A DNA stretch of 64,000 nt from an uncultured Mageeibacillus sp. (GCA_964606165.1 CAZSFQ010000001.1:6905-70904); one strand, 5' to 3'. Shown: positions 47,332 through 57,300, numbered from the stretch's first letter. Notes: generated by a model from the letters alone, not told the origin. Numbers and translations: made by a program.

Positions 47332-47500
47332 GAAAGCACCTCCTTTCCGGCTTTCTGGGGTTAATCCCCTGTTTGAATTGAAGTTTTTTCGCGCGTGGCC
47401 CACCGCCCGTTGATCGCTTAAGGCGCTCCGGAGATTCACACCCCCCCTGGAGAGGTGCGAAAACTCCAAAGCAAATGAAAACAACTATGAATACACAAGT
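47332..47500. other. candidate cos/packaging-recognition region
   Basis: A 169-nt non-coding, locally GC-rich gap between the HNH and terS genes. It contains a C7/G7 run, the palindrome CTCCGGAG and an imperfect inverted repeat CTCCGGAG...CTGGAG. Confidence 0.35.
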
Positions 47501-47854
47501 TCAGCCCCAGCGTCCGCCTTCTTTGGCGGTAATCCGGGAGTGACAGGACTTGCAGAGCGCCATCAGGTTCTCGTAGTCATGCGTTCCGCCTTCAGACAGC
47601 GGCGTGATGTGGTGGACTTCCTCGGCAGGCGTGTACCTTCCTTGCTTTCTGCACTCCTCGCAGAGCGGGTGCGCAATAAGAAAAGCCTTTCTGATCTTTC
47701 GCCAGCGTCTGCCATAACGTTTCGCCGTCTTGGGGTCACGCTGATGGCGGTTGTAGTGGCGGTCAACTTCACTTTTGTGTTTTTCGCAGTACCTGCCCTC
47801 CACCAGCTCGGGACAGCCGGGGAAGGAACAAGGCCGCTTGGGTTTTCTGGGCAT
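47501..47854 (-). CDS. HNH endonuclease (packaging-associated)
   Basis: CEECRKQGRYTPAEEVHHITPLSEGGTHDYENLMALCKSCHSR is a canonical HNH motif. The gene is adjacent to the terminase genes. Confidence 0.85.
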   Translation of the reverse strand: MPRKPKRPCSFPGCPELVEGRYCEKHKSEVDRHYNRHQRDPKTAKRYGRRWRKIRKAFLIAHPLCEECRKQGRYTPAEEVHHITPLSEGGTHDYENLMALCKSCHSRITAKEGGRWG

Positions 47855-47958
47855 CGTCCACCTCCGGGCATAAAAAAAGACCCGGAGCACAGATGCCGCA
47901 GGTCTCTATAGTTTTTCGTCAGTATAAGAATAACAGGCTCTTAACTTGCATCTCAATA

Positions 47959-48414
47959 TCAGGTCGTTCCACTTTCTTTCACATCGTTCCAAAGTTCCTG
48001 AACGTCCTTGCTTGACCGCATAACGGTCTCCAAAGAAGACAAGACCTCCTGCTTCCTTCGGAACATGGATGTCTTGCTGATATAAAAACGCTCCGCAGCT
48101 TCAGACAAGGAAAGCCTGTCAATCCAAAGCGCCTGAATAATCTGCTGATCGTCCTGCGAACAGGATCGAATCAGCCAGTCCAAAACAGATAGCTGTTTGA
48201 AGCGAAGCTCCGCATGGGCAAGCCGCCTGTCAACGGCTTCATTGTTGACAAAGTCTGCACAGCCTTTAAAGAACTTCAGGATCTGGCCCAGCTCTGCCGT
48301 GCTTCCTTCCACTTCTTTCAGATCCACCTCAAGCATAAGATGTAGAAAATAAAGATCAGCTTCCAGCTCGTTGTGATAGCGTTCGTAGTTATCTAATATC
48401 TGTTCGATGGTCAT
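47959..48414 (-). CDS. phage sigma-70 region-4-like / ArpU-RinA-like late transcriptional regulator (second copy)
   Basis: The C-terminal HTH is DRLSLSEAAERFYISKTSMFRRKQEVL. The start is at ATG 48414 after a GAGGAGG RBS. Confidence 0.5.
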   Translation of the reverse strand: MTIEQILDNYERYHNELEADLYFLHLMLEVDLKEVEGSTAELGQILKFFKGCADFVNNEAVDRRLAHAELRFKQLSVLDWLIRSCSQDDQQIIQALWIDRLSLSEAAERFYISKTSMFRRKQEVLSSLETVMRSSKDVQELWNDVKESGTT

Positions 48415-48922
48415 CGGCAAATTCCTCCTCATAAAATCCGAAGTATTGATGCTGGTCGGCAAAGGTCTCCGCCATGAGTTCAACCGCTTTTGCTTTCTTT
48501 CGGTTAAGCTCCGACCCGCTGATATTAAATTTTTGACAGACCTCACCCCAGCGATGGTCTTCCAAAATTTCAAAGGTCAAAAGGTTTCGGTAGTATCTCG
48601 GCAAAGCCCGGATGCCGTATTTCACAAAATCCACTTCTCGGGCGACCTTGGCGTAGTCCTTTGCCATTTCCTTTTCCGATGCATGATTGATCAGCCAGGT
48701 GAGTCGCTTATAGGATGTGGCAATATAAAAGAGTCGATTCAAAGACCGCTGCTTTTTGATCCTGACATGATCATCGCTCTTGCCGGGAAAGTTCAACATC
48801 TCCAAAACTTCATCAGAGGTGATGGGGACAAAGTCCGTCATTTCCTGCTCCAAGCGTTTCATCTCGGACAGGTTCTCGGGGTAGTCTTTCAGCATCTGCC
48901 GAATGCGTTCAACATGTGCCAT
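48389..48922 (-). CDS. phage sigma-70 region-4-like / ArpU-RinA-like late transcriptional regulator (first copy)
   Basis: The C-terminal HTH is HRWGEVCQKFNISGSELNRKKAKAVELM. The gene lies upstream of the packaging genes. Confidence 0.5.
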   Translation of the reverse strand: MAHVERIRQMLKDYPENLSEMKRLEQEMTDFVPITSDEVLEMLNFPGKSDDHVRIKKQRSLNRLFYIATSYKRLTWLINHASEKEMAKDYAKVAREVDFVKYGIRALPRYYRNLLTFEILEDHRWGEVCQKFNISGSELNRKKAKAVELMAETFADQHQYFGFYEEEFADDHRTDIR

Positions 48923-50261
48923 CGCCGACCCTCGCTTTCACAGCCTGCATCAGGTTTTCCTGGGTCAGGTCTTTTTTCGCCAAAGCCCGGACGACATCCC
49001 GGTCAATCGTGCCCTCGGCGATCAGACGGAAGATGACCACCGTGTCCTTTTGTCCCTGCCGCCAGAGTCTGGCATTCGCCTGTTGGTAAAGCTCTAAAGA
49101 CCAGGGTAGAGAAAACCAGATCACGGTCGAGCCGCCGTGCTGGAGGTTTAAGCCATGCCCCATTGAAGCGGGATGGGCTATCGCCACCGGAATTTCGCCT
49201 CGGTTCCAGGCCTGAAAGTCCTCCGGTGTTTTGATTTCCTGAGTCTCTTTGAAACGCTTTTGAATCCGCTCTTTGTCGTGACGATAGTTGTAGTAAATGA
49301 GGACAGGCTTGCCGTTTGCCGCTTCAATCAGATCCTCCAAGGCATCAAGCTTGGCGGCATGAAGCTCTGCTACCGCCTTGTTCTCGTCATAGACGGCGCC
49401 CGATGCCATCTGCAGGAGCTTGTTGGTCAGCACGGCCGCATTGACCGCATCCACAGTTTTGCCTTCCAGTTTCGCCACCATCTCCCACTCAAGCTCTTTG
49501 TATTTTTCTTTGGCGACAGGAGGGAGCTTGACTGTGACATCCCGCTCCAAGCGTTCAGGCATTTGGAGAAAATCCTGACTTTTCATGGAGACGCAGAGAT
49601 CTGATAAGCGGCTGAAGATCCATTCCTCCGCATGAGGTCTTGGCCGATAGGAATACACGATCCAGCCATTCATGCGGTCGGGCACAAAGAAATCTGCCCG
49701 ATAGGTGCTGAGTGTCTTGCCCAGCCGCTTGCCCTGATCCAAAAGATAAATCTCCGACCAGAGATCCATCAACCCGTTCGTGGACGGTGTGCCTGTCAGT
49801 CCCACCACCCGGTCAATGCCGGGACGCTTTCTGCGAAGCGCCTTGAAACGTTTGCTTGAGGCATTCTTAAAGCTCGAAAGCTCATCGATGACCAGCATGT
49901 TAAAATCCCACTCGCCAAGTTCAGCAAGCCAGGCAACATTCTCCCGGTTAATGACATAGATATCGGCAGGTGTGTTGAGGGCTTCAAGCCGCTGGGCTTC
50001 CGTGCCGAGAACTTTGGAGATTCTGAGATACGTCAGGTGATCCCATTTTTCCAGTTCCTCCGTCCAGGTGTTTTCAGCGACTCGAAGCGGTGCAATCACC
50101 AGCACCTTGCTGATGTCAAAGTAGTCAAACATCAAGTCCCAGATGGCGGAGAGGGTAATCACGGTCTTGCCAAGGCCCGGCTCTAAGAAGAGACCGCAGG
50201 CCTTTTGCTCGATAATTTTCTGCTTGGCATACTTCTGATAATCATGTGCCTTGTATTGCAT
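48909..50261 (-). CDS. SNF2-family DEAD/DEAH-box helicase
   Basis: LEPGLGKT (motif I), VIDELSSFKN (motif II) and the C-terminal helicase motifs QANARLWRQGQ. Confidence 0.9.
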   Translation of the reverse strand: MQYKAHDYQKYAKQKIIEQKACGLFLEPGLGKTVITLSAIWDLMFDYFDISKVLVIAPLRVAENTWTEELEKWDHLTYLRISKVLGTEAQRLEALNTPADIYVINRENVAWLAELGEWDFNMLVIDELSSFKNASSKRFKALRRKRPGIDRVVGLTGTPSTNGLMDLWSEIYLLDQGKRLGKTLSTYRADFFVPDRMNGWIVYSYRPRPHAEEWIFSRLSDLCVSMKSQDFLQMPERLERDVTVKLPPVAKEKYKELEWEMVAKLEGKTVDAVNAAVLTNKLLQMASGAVYDENKAVAELHAAKLDALEDLIEAANGKPVLIYYNYRHDKERIQKRFKETQEIKTPEDFQAWNRGEIPVAIAHPASMGHGLNLQHGGSTVIWFSLPWSLELYQQANARLWRQGQKDTVVIFRLIAEGTIDRDVVRALAKKDLTQENLMQAVKARVGDGTC

Positions 50262-50523
50262 CTAATATCCCTCCAATCGCATCCGGGTCATCCAGGACAA
50301 AGACCTGAAAGCCTAAGTCCCTTAATTGTTCATGTCGATAAAGTTGCTGTGCCGTCGGCTCTTTGCCGGGGGCTTTGACTTCGATGAAGCCCGCCTTGCC
50401 GCCAGGCAGAAGCAGCAGTCTGTCCGGCACTCCCGCCGTTCCGGGAGATATGAACTTCCAGCAAAGCCCGTCCCGATTCGAGACTTCCCGCACTAATTTC
50501 TGTTCAATGATTTTTTCTCTCAT
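50242..50523 (-). CDS. VRR-NUC domain nuclease
   Basis: GTAGVPDRLLLLPGGKAGFIEVKAPG is the PD-(D/E)XK core of the VRR-NUC family. Confidence 0.85.
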   Translation of the reverse strand: MREKIIEQKLVREVSNRDGLCWKFISPGTAGVPDRLLLLPGGKAGFIEVKAPGKEPTAQQLYRHEQLRDLGFQVFVLDDPDAIGGILDAIQGT

Positions 50524-50540
50524 ATTTTTCTCCCTTCAGA

Positions 50541-50673
50541 TGAACAGGCGTACAAGCTGAACAGGAATTTCCTATATTTACTACGCGCGTGTACGTCTGT
50601 GCCATTTACTCTTTCTCTAGTGTTTTCTCTCAAATAATTAACTAGAGAAGTTGTTCAGCTTGTGACTTGTTCA
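50541..50673. repeat. long-range inverted repeat with nested hairpin between the VapE and VRR-NUC genes
   Basis: TGAACAGGCGTACAAGCTGAACA (50541-50563) pairs with TGTTCAGCTTGTGACTTGTTCA (50652-50673). The cores ACAAGCTGAACA and TGAACA are perfect. An inner 7-bp hairpin CTCTAGT/ACTAGAG lies at 50615-50647, and the palindrome ACGCGCGT starts at 50583. Confidence 0.6.
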
Positions 50674-53000
50674 GTTCTGACGTAGACCCGCTGGCGCCCG
50701 TATATGGGAAGTGTCCTGAGTTTTCCGGTGCGCTCCCAGCCATCGACTTGGACCATCAGGGCGGCGATGGCATAGGAATCAACCGGCTTTAAGTCGGCAA
50801 GATTTCTGCCAAAGCACTCACACCAGATCTCGGCATTGCTGACCTCGGTGCGCCTAATTGAACCTTTGCAAGATGTGATATCGCCTTCGAGATAGTTGCG
50901 TCTGTCGTAGACATCCATATCCGCCCAGTTGTCCGGCAAGAGCCGGGAAAGATACTCCTCAACCAGCCCTTGGCGCTCGTCCGCTTCCATCGCACTCTTC
51001 TGGGCATCTTCCGCCTCCCGCAGGAGGTCGCCTTCCAGATAGAGTTTCTCTCCTTGTTCGTAGTAGTACTTGGCCTCCGCCCAGATCTGGTCCCGCTCCT
51101 CGGGTGTAATCGTCCAGTCCACACGCTGTTCCGTCTGATGGCACTTAATAATCCAAAATCGACGGTTGCCTGTGATGTCACGCAAATAGCCCCGCTCGCC
51201 GTTGACCGTAGCAACGATGATGCACTGCCTGGGATGGCTTTCCACGACCTTGCCATAGCTGGGGCGGTACTTGTCGTCCGCTGTGGATAGAAAGGATTTG
51301 ACCTTTTCGATGTCCGCCTTTTTCATTCCGGCAAGTTCGCTGATCTCGATAATCCAAAAGCCCTGCAGTTTCTCTGCGGCGGATTTATCGCTCATGTCGG
51401 TAAGCGAAAGGGAATCCGAGAAATAATCGTCTCCTGCAAGCGAGCGCCACATGGTGCCCTTGCCGATACCCTGTGCACCGTCGATGACCGTCATGCTGTC
51501 AAACTTCGTGCCCGGCTCATAGATGCGGGCAACCGCCGCAGCTAAGGTCTTCCTCGATACCGTACGGACATACTTCGTGTCGTCCGCCTTCAGGTATTTA
51601 ATAAAGAGCGTTTCCGCCCGTACCTTTTTATCCCAGAGAGGAAGGGAATCCAGATAGTCTCTGACAGGATGAAAGCGCCTGTCATCGGCCACCTTGGTAA
51701 AACTGACGTTATGATTGCGGTCGGAAAAAGGGACATAGCGAACGTCCAGCAGGGCTTTGAGCTGGGCTGTGTCGGCATCCCGCCAGAACTTGTTATCCAG
51801 CGGCCGATCCCAGGGAATCTCACCTGTGACCTGAACCCGATGCGCCATCTCGTTGTAGGCAAAACCGGCAAAGTCGGGGTCATTGTTTAAGATCAGCATT
51901 TCGTTCCAGACGCTGTTTTGCAGGACTGTGCTTCTGGACATGTACTGGAGATCTTTTTGCCAGTCTGCATTCTCTCTGCCAAAATCCTCTCCGGCCTGCT
52001 TTCGCTTTTCTTCCATGCCACGGAGCTTCACCTTGTCGAGCGACATGGCAAATTCGCACATCTGATTGAAGCTTTTCTTGTCGTCACCGAACTTATGCAG
52101 GCGTACCAAATCAAAAGCATTGCAGAGTTTCAGATAGGCGATATCTTTTGCGTGATGGCTGTAGACAAACTTGCCGTCCTCTTTGATCTCGACACCGGGC
52201 AGGCTGTCCGAGCCAATCAGGTGGTAGCGGTTGGGATTGTCCGTTGCTTCATAGATCTCCGGCAGCAGCTCCTCCATTGCCGCGCTGATGGGAAAATAGG
52301 TGCGGTTGAAAAGACCGACCACACCTGTTTTTGTGAGCGGGTCCTGTACCTTTTTTACTTCCGTTGAATTGGCCCTGCTCTCCCTTGAGGAAGTAGGCAG
52401 CTGTGCAGGATCTTTCCAGCCCGGGTGTTTTGCAAGGATATTGTCAGGATCAAGCCAGTCTTTATCGGCTTCTTTGAAAACATACTCACCGTTGGAAGGC
52501 GTGCTTGGCCAGTACATGAGCTGGTTGGAAAGATAGGAGCAGGAATCAAAATAATCGATGCCAAGCATGTCCGCAAGAAAGCGTGCCACAGCGACAAATT
52601 CTTCCGCCGTCACATCCCTTGTAAGCGGGAAGATAATCCTGATTCTCGGGGCTTCCGGCGTATGGCTGTGAGTCGTATAAAAGCAGGACGCATAAGGTGT
52701 TAGCGACTCAAAGTTCTCAAGAAACTCCGGCTCAATATAATCACCGTCAAGCGCAATCATGGAGCGGGAAGCCACAGTATTGGAGAGCCTTCGTCCTCCG
52801 ACCAGAACCCCGGCAACAAAACCGCCGTGATTTTTGGCCGTCTGCCGCTCAGCTTTCGTCATGCGTTTGTATTCTTCAGCGGACTCAGGTGTACGGATGG
52901 TGACCTTGAGCCGCTCCTTTAATTCATCAAAGGTGATGGTCTTATTGGACCATTTCTTGGCGTAGCAGCTGCTGCCATAGGCAATTGGCAAATCTCTCAT
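50655..53000 (-). CDS. VapE-family (virulence-associated protein E) primase-helicase-like replication protein
   Basis: Walker A VIDGAQGIGKGT, and a Walker B-like segment in FWIIEISELAGM. The size and N-terminal region are typical of phage VapE proteins. The start is ATG 53000 after a GGAGGAGG RBS. Confidence 0.85.
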   Translation of the reverse strand: MRDLPIAYGSSCYAKKWSNKTITFDELKERLKVTIRTPESAEEYKRMTKAERQTAKNHGGFVAGVLVGGRRLSNTVASRSMIALDGDYIEPEFLENFESLTPYASCFYTTHSHTPEAPRIRIIFPLTRDVTAEEFVAVARFLADMLGIDYFDSCSYLSNQLMYWPSTPSNGEYVFKEADKDWLDPDNILAKHPGWKDPAQLPTSSRESRANSTEVKKVQDPLTKTGVVGLFNRTYFPISAAMEELLPEIYEATDNPNRYHLIGSDSLPGVEIKEDGKFVYSHHAKDIAYLKLCNAFDLVRLHKFGDDKKSFNQMCEFAMSLDKVKLRGMEEKRKQAGEDFGRENADWQKDLQYMSRSTVLQNSVWNEMLILNNDPDFAGFAYNEMAHRVQVTGEIPWDRPLDNKFWRDADTAQLKALLDVRYVPFSDRNHNVSFTKVADDRRFHPVRDYLDSLPLWDKKVRAETLFIKYLKADDTKYVRTVSRKTLAAAVARIYEPGTKFDSMTVIDGAQGIGKGTMWRSLAGDDYFSDSLSLTDMSDKSAAEKLQGFWIIEISELAGMKKADIEKVKSFLSTADDKYRPSYGKVVESHPRQCIIVATVNGERGYLRDITGNRRFWIIKCHQTEQRVDWTITPEERDQIWAEAKYYYEQGEKLYLEGDLLREAEDAQKSAMEADERQGLVEEYLSRLLPDNWADMDVYDRRNYLEGDITSCKGSIRRTEVSNAEIWCECFGRNLADLKPVDSYAIAALMVQVDGWERTGKLRTLPIYGRQRVYVRTEQVTS

Positions 53001-53002
53001 AC

Positions 53003-53320
53003 TCAAACCTCCTCCGTGCCGATGTAGCGAACAGGAATGTCGAGCTCCTGCGCCTTCTTGATTTCCTGCCACATGCCGATGGTGATTTCCCGTCCGAAGA
53101 CCCAGAGTTCACTGCACCTCTGTAAGATTCCAAAGTTCATCTCAAGAGCCTGCTTCCGCTCCTCCGACTCGTTGTCATCCAGGAACTGAGGGAATAGAAG
53201 ATGCGGTGCGATGGGGATGAATCCCTTGTCCACGACGTGGCGGCAATACCGTCTCGCCCGTTCTGTGTTTGTCTCGATCTCGCCCCGGTAAGGCGAGCAG
53301 ACAAAAATCATCTGTTTCAT
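53003..53320 (-). CDS. DUF4406/DUF1937-like protein (nucleoside 2-deoxyribosyltransferase-like fold)
   Basis: IFVCSPYRG...IAPHLLFPQF...CSELWVFG pattern. Confidence 0.45.
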   Translation of the reverse strand: MKQMIFVCSPYRGEIETNTERARRYCRHVVDKGFIPIAPHLLFPQFLDDNESEERKQALEMNFGILQRCSELWVFGREITIGMWQEIKKAQELDIPVRYIGTEEV

Positions 53321-53322
53321 GT

Positions 53323-53354
53323 AAAAAAGCTCCTTTCGGATTATTTAGAGGAGC
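53323..53354 (-). promoter_or_regulatory. hairpin whose 3' arm is the Shine-Dalgarno of the DUF4406-like gene, followed by a T6 run
   Basis: On the minus strand, GCTCCT (53354-53349) pairs with AGGAGC (53334-53329). This is followed by TTTTTT, then AC, then the ATG. Confidence 0.45.
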
Positions 53355-53358
53355 CATC

Positions 53359-53392
53359 AAAAAAGGATATTGAAAGTTTCCTCTCAATATCC
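53359..53392 (-). terminator. strong rho-independent terminator closing the R-M / ABC-3C block
   Basis: On the minus strand, the stem GGATATTGA/TCAATATCC with a 10-nt loop is followed by TTTTTT. Confidence 0.7.
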
Positions 53393-53440
53393 CCTTGGAC
53401 AAGTCATTCAGTTTTGGGCAAACTTTTTTAGATAGTGTTT

Positions 53441-54319
53441 TTACTCGGTGGCTTCAATATCTTTTAGGGTTTTCCCGGATTCATCTTTCCACATGACGTT
53501 TCCGCTTAAAGATGACCCACCAACGAAACCCGCGGCAGCAGAAGGGCTGGTAAACAGCAAATCAGCCATTAAAAATCCTTGATCATCAATTTTCCCTGCA
53601 TATTTCTCACGATAGTTGATGACATTGTCAGGACAGCTTTTCGTCATAGAAAGAGAAATCTTGCTTCCGGCTAAAACGACAAATCCCTCCGGTGTTCGTT
53701 TCCCTGTGGCTTCGGCCTTCGTGGTCTTGAAATACAAGTTAGGTTCATCGTCAATGGGACTAATCTCAATCACTGTAGGCTTGCTGGCCACTATGGGCTC
53801 AAAAACCTTGTAGCCTAGGGCTCCCATGACTAGTTTTGCGTAGGAGATAAACTCCTCCAGCTCACTCTCTTTTTCTTCAGTGGTGTTGCCGGGGCTTGGG
53901 TCATTGCCATTTTTGACTGAATAGCGTTTCGCATCAATCGCCATGTTACAAAAACGATTTTCTAAATAACTGATTTCCGTTGGGCCGAATGAATTATTTG
54001 AAGTGGTGAAGGCAACGGCCTCCGTCCAATAATCCATCTTGCTGTCACGGCGATGCTCATCCAGACGACAGAGGATGCCCCGCCCGTTCTTGCGAATACC
54101 TGCCTGGCCGATATAGACAACAGGGTCTCCGCTATCATCGGAAGTGCCGAAAAGAAAGTAGACACCTGTCTGGTCAAGATAAGTGATCTCCCGTGCCTTA
54201 TCCAGCATGGTGCGTGGAATTTTATAGGCGATACCGGTCCAGTTGGCCAACGTGCATTTGATGCGACCGGAAGCGTCTCCGTCCATCAGGAATAAATTGA
54301 TGTTTTTACCTCTTTTCAT
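53441..54319 (-). CDS. GIY-YIG nuclease-like domain protein with DUF4357-like C-terminal domain
   Basis: GVYFLFG...VVYIGQAG...R..EH...KMDYWTEA is a GIY-YIG-like core. The C-terminal GFVVLAGSKIS...SPSAAAGFVGGSSLSGNVMWK is typical of DUF4357. The start is ATG 54319 after a GGAGGTG RBS. Confidence 0.7.
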   Translation of the reverse strand: MKRGKNINLFLMDGDASGRIKCTLANWTGIAYKIPRTMLDKAREITYLDQTGVYFLFGTSDDSGDPVVYIGQAGIRKNGRGILCRLDEHRRDSKMDYWTEAVAFTTSNNSFGPTEISYLENRFCNMAIDAKRYSVKNGNDPSPGNTTEEKESELEEFISYAKLVMGALGYKVFEPIVASKPTVIEISPIDDEPNLYFKTTKAEATGKRTPEGFVVLAGSKISLSMTKSCPDNVINYREKYAGKIDDQGFLMADLLFTSPSAAAGFVGGSSLSGNVMWKDESGKTLKDIEATE

Positions 54320-54346
54320 GCTTAGAGCCACCTCCAAAATCACATG

Positions 54347-57300
54347 TTAGGTTTCATCTGTAAATGGTGCCTTACCTTCAGCAACCGAAAGATATTTCAA
54401 ATCTTCCGATTTAATTTTCGGATATTCACGATTTAAGCTCTGGTCACTACTCGACAAATCATCTTGATTGACGTATGGCTTCCCCTCCGTGTTATAGGTC
54501 AAATTGAAAACCAAATCAGAGAGCCATTTTTTGAAGGAAGGATTATCCTGAAATTGCTTAAACAGCTCCATATTGTCGGACATGATGGAAAAAATTACCT
54601 GCTGCAGGGCGCGTTCACTTTCAGTACGTGCCTCCTGCTCGTCGGAATTTTTCATAGCGTTCTGATATTGCTTGTTCTTAGATACCATGGCAGGAATTTC
54701 AAGAATTTGACGCTGTACATTATCCGCATCTTTCCAGTTGATGTTCCCAAACATATCATTAAAATCCAGGATGATCTTAGAAAGTAGATCCATTTCAGGC
54801 TCAACAATGAAGCCTACTTTGCCTGCGGGAACGGGTGGTATTTCGGCGTCCTCATCTTCAAGCTTTATGGAAATTGCTTCTCTTGCTTCGTTTCGATAGC
54901 TGCCCAGATCAACCGTAGAAAGGATACCTTCAGATAGATCATCTGTGCCTGGAGATGGCAGCTTGGGAATGAGTAAATTTAGAAAGATGGAGAGCCTCTC
55001 CCAGTCGATATTTCCGTAGGGCAAAATCGAACCCAGAAAACCATACGTGCGAACGAAAGACTTGGCCGCACTTTTGAACTTGATTTGATCATCTACTTCC
55101 AGCTGCTTATAGACAGCCGTACAGGCATCGAGAATGGGATCAAGCCTGTCGCGCTCTGCCCCGTTCAGAAACAGCTCAACCAGTGTTTCAACATGATCGT
55201 TGTCATAAACCTGATAACTTTCCATCAAGGAAATAAGGTCATATAGCTTGTTTGGGTCAGTTTCTCCGGACAAAATGGTTGTCCTGTAAAATTTGGAAAA
55301 TGCAGCCTCAATGACAGAAGTTTTATTAGCAAAATCAAGAACATAAACATCATGTTTGCCAGGATAAGATCTGTTGAGCCGCGAGAGTGTCTGAACCGCT
55401 GCGATGTCATAAAGGGGTTTATCCACATACATCGTCTGCAGCAGGGGTTCGTCAAATCCGGTTTGAAACATGTCAGCTACAATAAGTATGCGAAAGGGGT
55501 CTTTTTTGAATTCCTTAGGTATTTTTGCATCCGGAAAGCCATTGAGCGCCGCAGATGCAAGGGCAGGTTCCAGCCCCTTGTACTTGTGTTCACCGGAAAA
55601 GGCAATAATGGTTTTATAAGGGCTGCGTCGTTCTGCGAGACATTTGTTGATGGCATAGTAATACTCAACACAGCGCCCTATACCTGCCGTTACCACCATC
55701 GCTCTTGCCTGACCGTTTATTTTCCTCTTGGCTATAATCTGTTCATGAAAGTGCTCGACTATCATAGCCGCTTTTTTGGCAATGACATCTGAGTTACCCT
55801 CGACAAAGCTACGTAGTTTCTTTTGTGCCCGCTTCTTGTCAAACATGGGATCATCTTCAACCGTTTTCATGATTTTGTACCAGGAATCTATGGTTGTGTA
55901 ATTCTTTAACACATCGAGAATGAAACCCTCCTGGATAGCCTGCTTCATCGTGTAAACGTGGAAAGGACGGTGTTTTATTTCCCCGTCGACCTCATACATG
56001 GTGCCAAACATTTCCTCAGTCTTATTTTTAGGCGTTGCCGTGAAAGCAAAATAGCTGGCCTTGGGTACGAGTTTGCGCCCTTCCATCATGGCATTGATTT
56101 TGTCTTCATTGTCCAGCTCATCCATTGCAGCCTGACCAGAAAGTGCCAGGTTCATCTGGGCGGAATTTCGGCCACTTTGACCTGAATGTGCTTCGTCAAT
56201 GATGATGGCAAATTGATTGTCTTTGTGCGCCTGACCCAGCTCAGAAATAATATAGGGAAATTTTTCGATCGTGGTCACGATGATTCGTTTGCCATCTTGA
56301 ATGGCCTGGCGCAAATCACGAGAATACTCTGCCCACGCAACAGTATTCTTGACCTGCATAAATTGTTTGATTGTATCTCTGATTTGCTTATCCAAAATCC
56401 GCCTGTCAGTCACAACCAGCACAGAATCAATCATAGGACGACCACCCTCTTCCAGTCCTATGAGCTGGTGAGCCAGCCAGGCGATAGAATTGGATTTCCC
56501 ACTGCCGGCGCTGTGTTGGATGAGATATCGTTTCCCGACGCCACTTAGTTTGACATCCGCTAAAAGCTTTTCTACGCAATCTAACTGATGGTAACGCGGC
56601 CAGATTTGTTTGATGGTCTTCTTCTTGGTATCAGGATCCACTTCTTCAGTGACCTGGGCATAATTCTCAATAATGCGGGATAGCTTCCTTTTGGTCAGAA
56701 TATTCTTCCACAGATAGTCCGTCATCAAACCATCCGGATTGGGCGGGTTTCCTGCACCATCGTTATAACCTTTATTGAAGGGTAAAAACCAGCTGTCTTT
56801 TCCTGCGAGTTTTGTGCAAAACTGAATCGTGGCATCATCCACAGCAAAGTGGACGATACAGCGTTTAAAATGAAAGATTAGATCACGCGGATCTCGATCT
56901 TCTTTATACTGGCGCACAGCATCTTCCGTTTTTTGCTTGGTCAGTTGATTTTTTAGCTCCATGGTGATGACCGGAAGACCATTGATGAACAAACAAAGGT
57001 CAAGAGCGAGCTTTGTCGCATCCTGCGAATAACGAAGCTGCCGTGTCACGCTGAAGATATTTTTCTCCCACATGAGCTTTGCTTGCCGATTGTTTTCAGT
57101 TGGCGTCAGATAAAACATGATTAGGTCAGCAGGATAAACCTTGACGCCCTTGCGTAGCACATCAATAATGCCACGCTTGGCAATCTCTCCGGACAGGCGA
57201 TTAAGAAATTGTCGCTTCTTTGTATCCGATTTGAAGACACCTAGTTTTTCCATCTCTTCCGGCTGAGTGTCTTCGAGGAAGCGAAATAAGCGAGTCTCAT

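Larger units (their letters stand above)
23416..53320 (-). mobile_element. siphovirus-like HK97-type prophage (lysis, tail, head, packaging and replication modules; lysogeny module not in window)
   Basis: An uninterrupted co-directional series of recognisable phage genes. The left end is approximate. The right end may extend beyond 64000 if the 53.4-64 kb island is internal cargo. Confidence 0.85.

Noticed and set aside
47332-47484. The N-terminal 51-codon extension of the terS ORF (ORF-track start at 47484).
   Set aside because: The extension has no RBS and encodes implausible sequence. A strong AAGGAGGTG RBS precedes the GTG at 47331, where the P27-family similarity begins.
50789-51256. 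Alternative-frame ORFs inside the VapE gene (50789-51256, 51590-51883, 52355-52597) and inside hsdR, hsdM and the GH18 gene.
   Set aside because: They are nested same-strand or antisense frames without an RBS or motifs. The host ORFs have strong family signatures over their full length.
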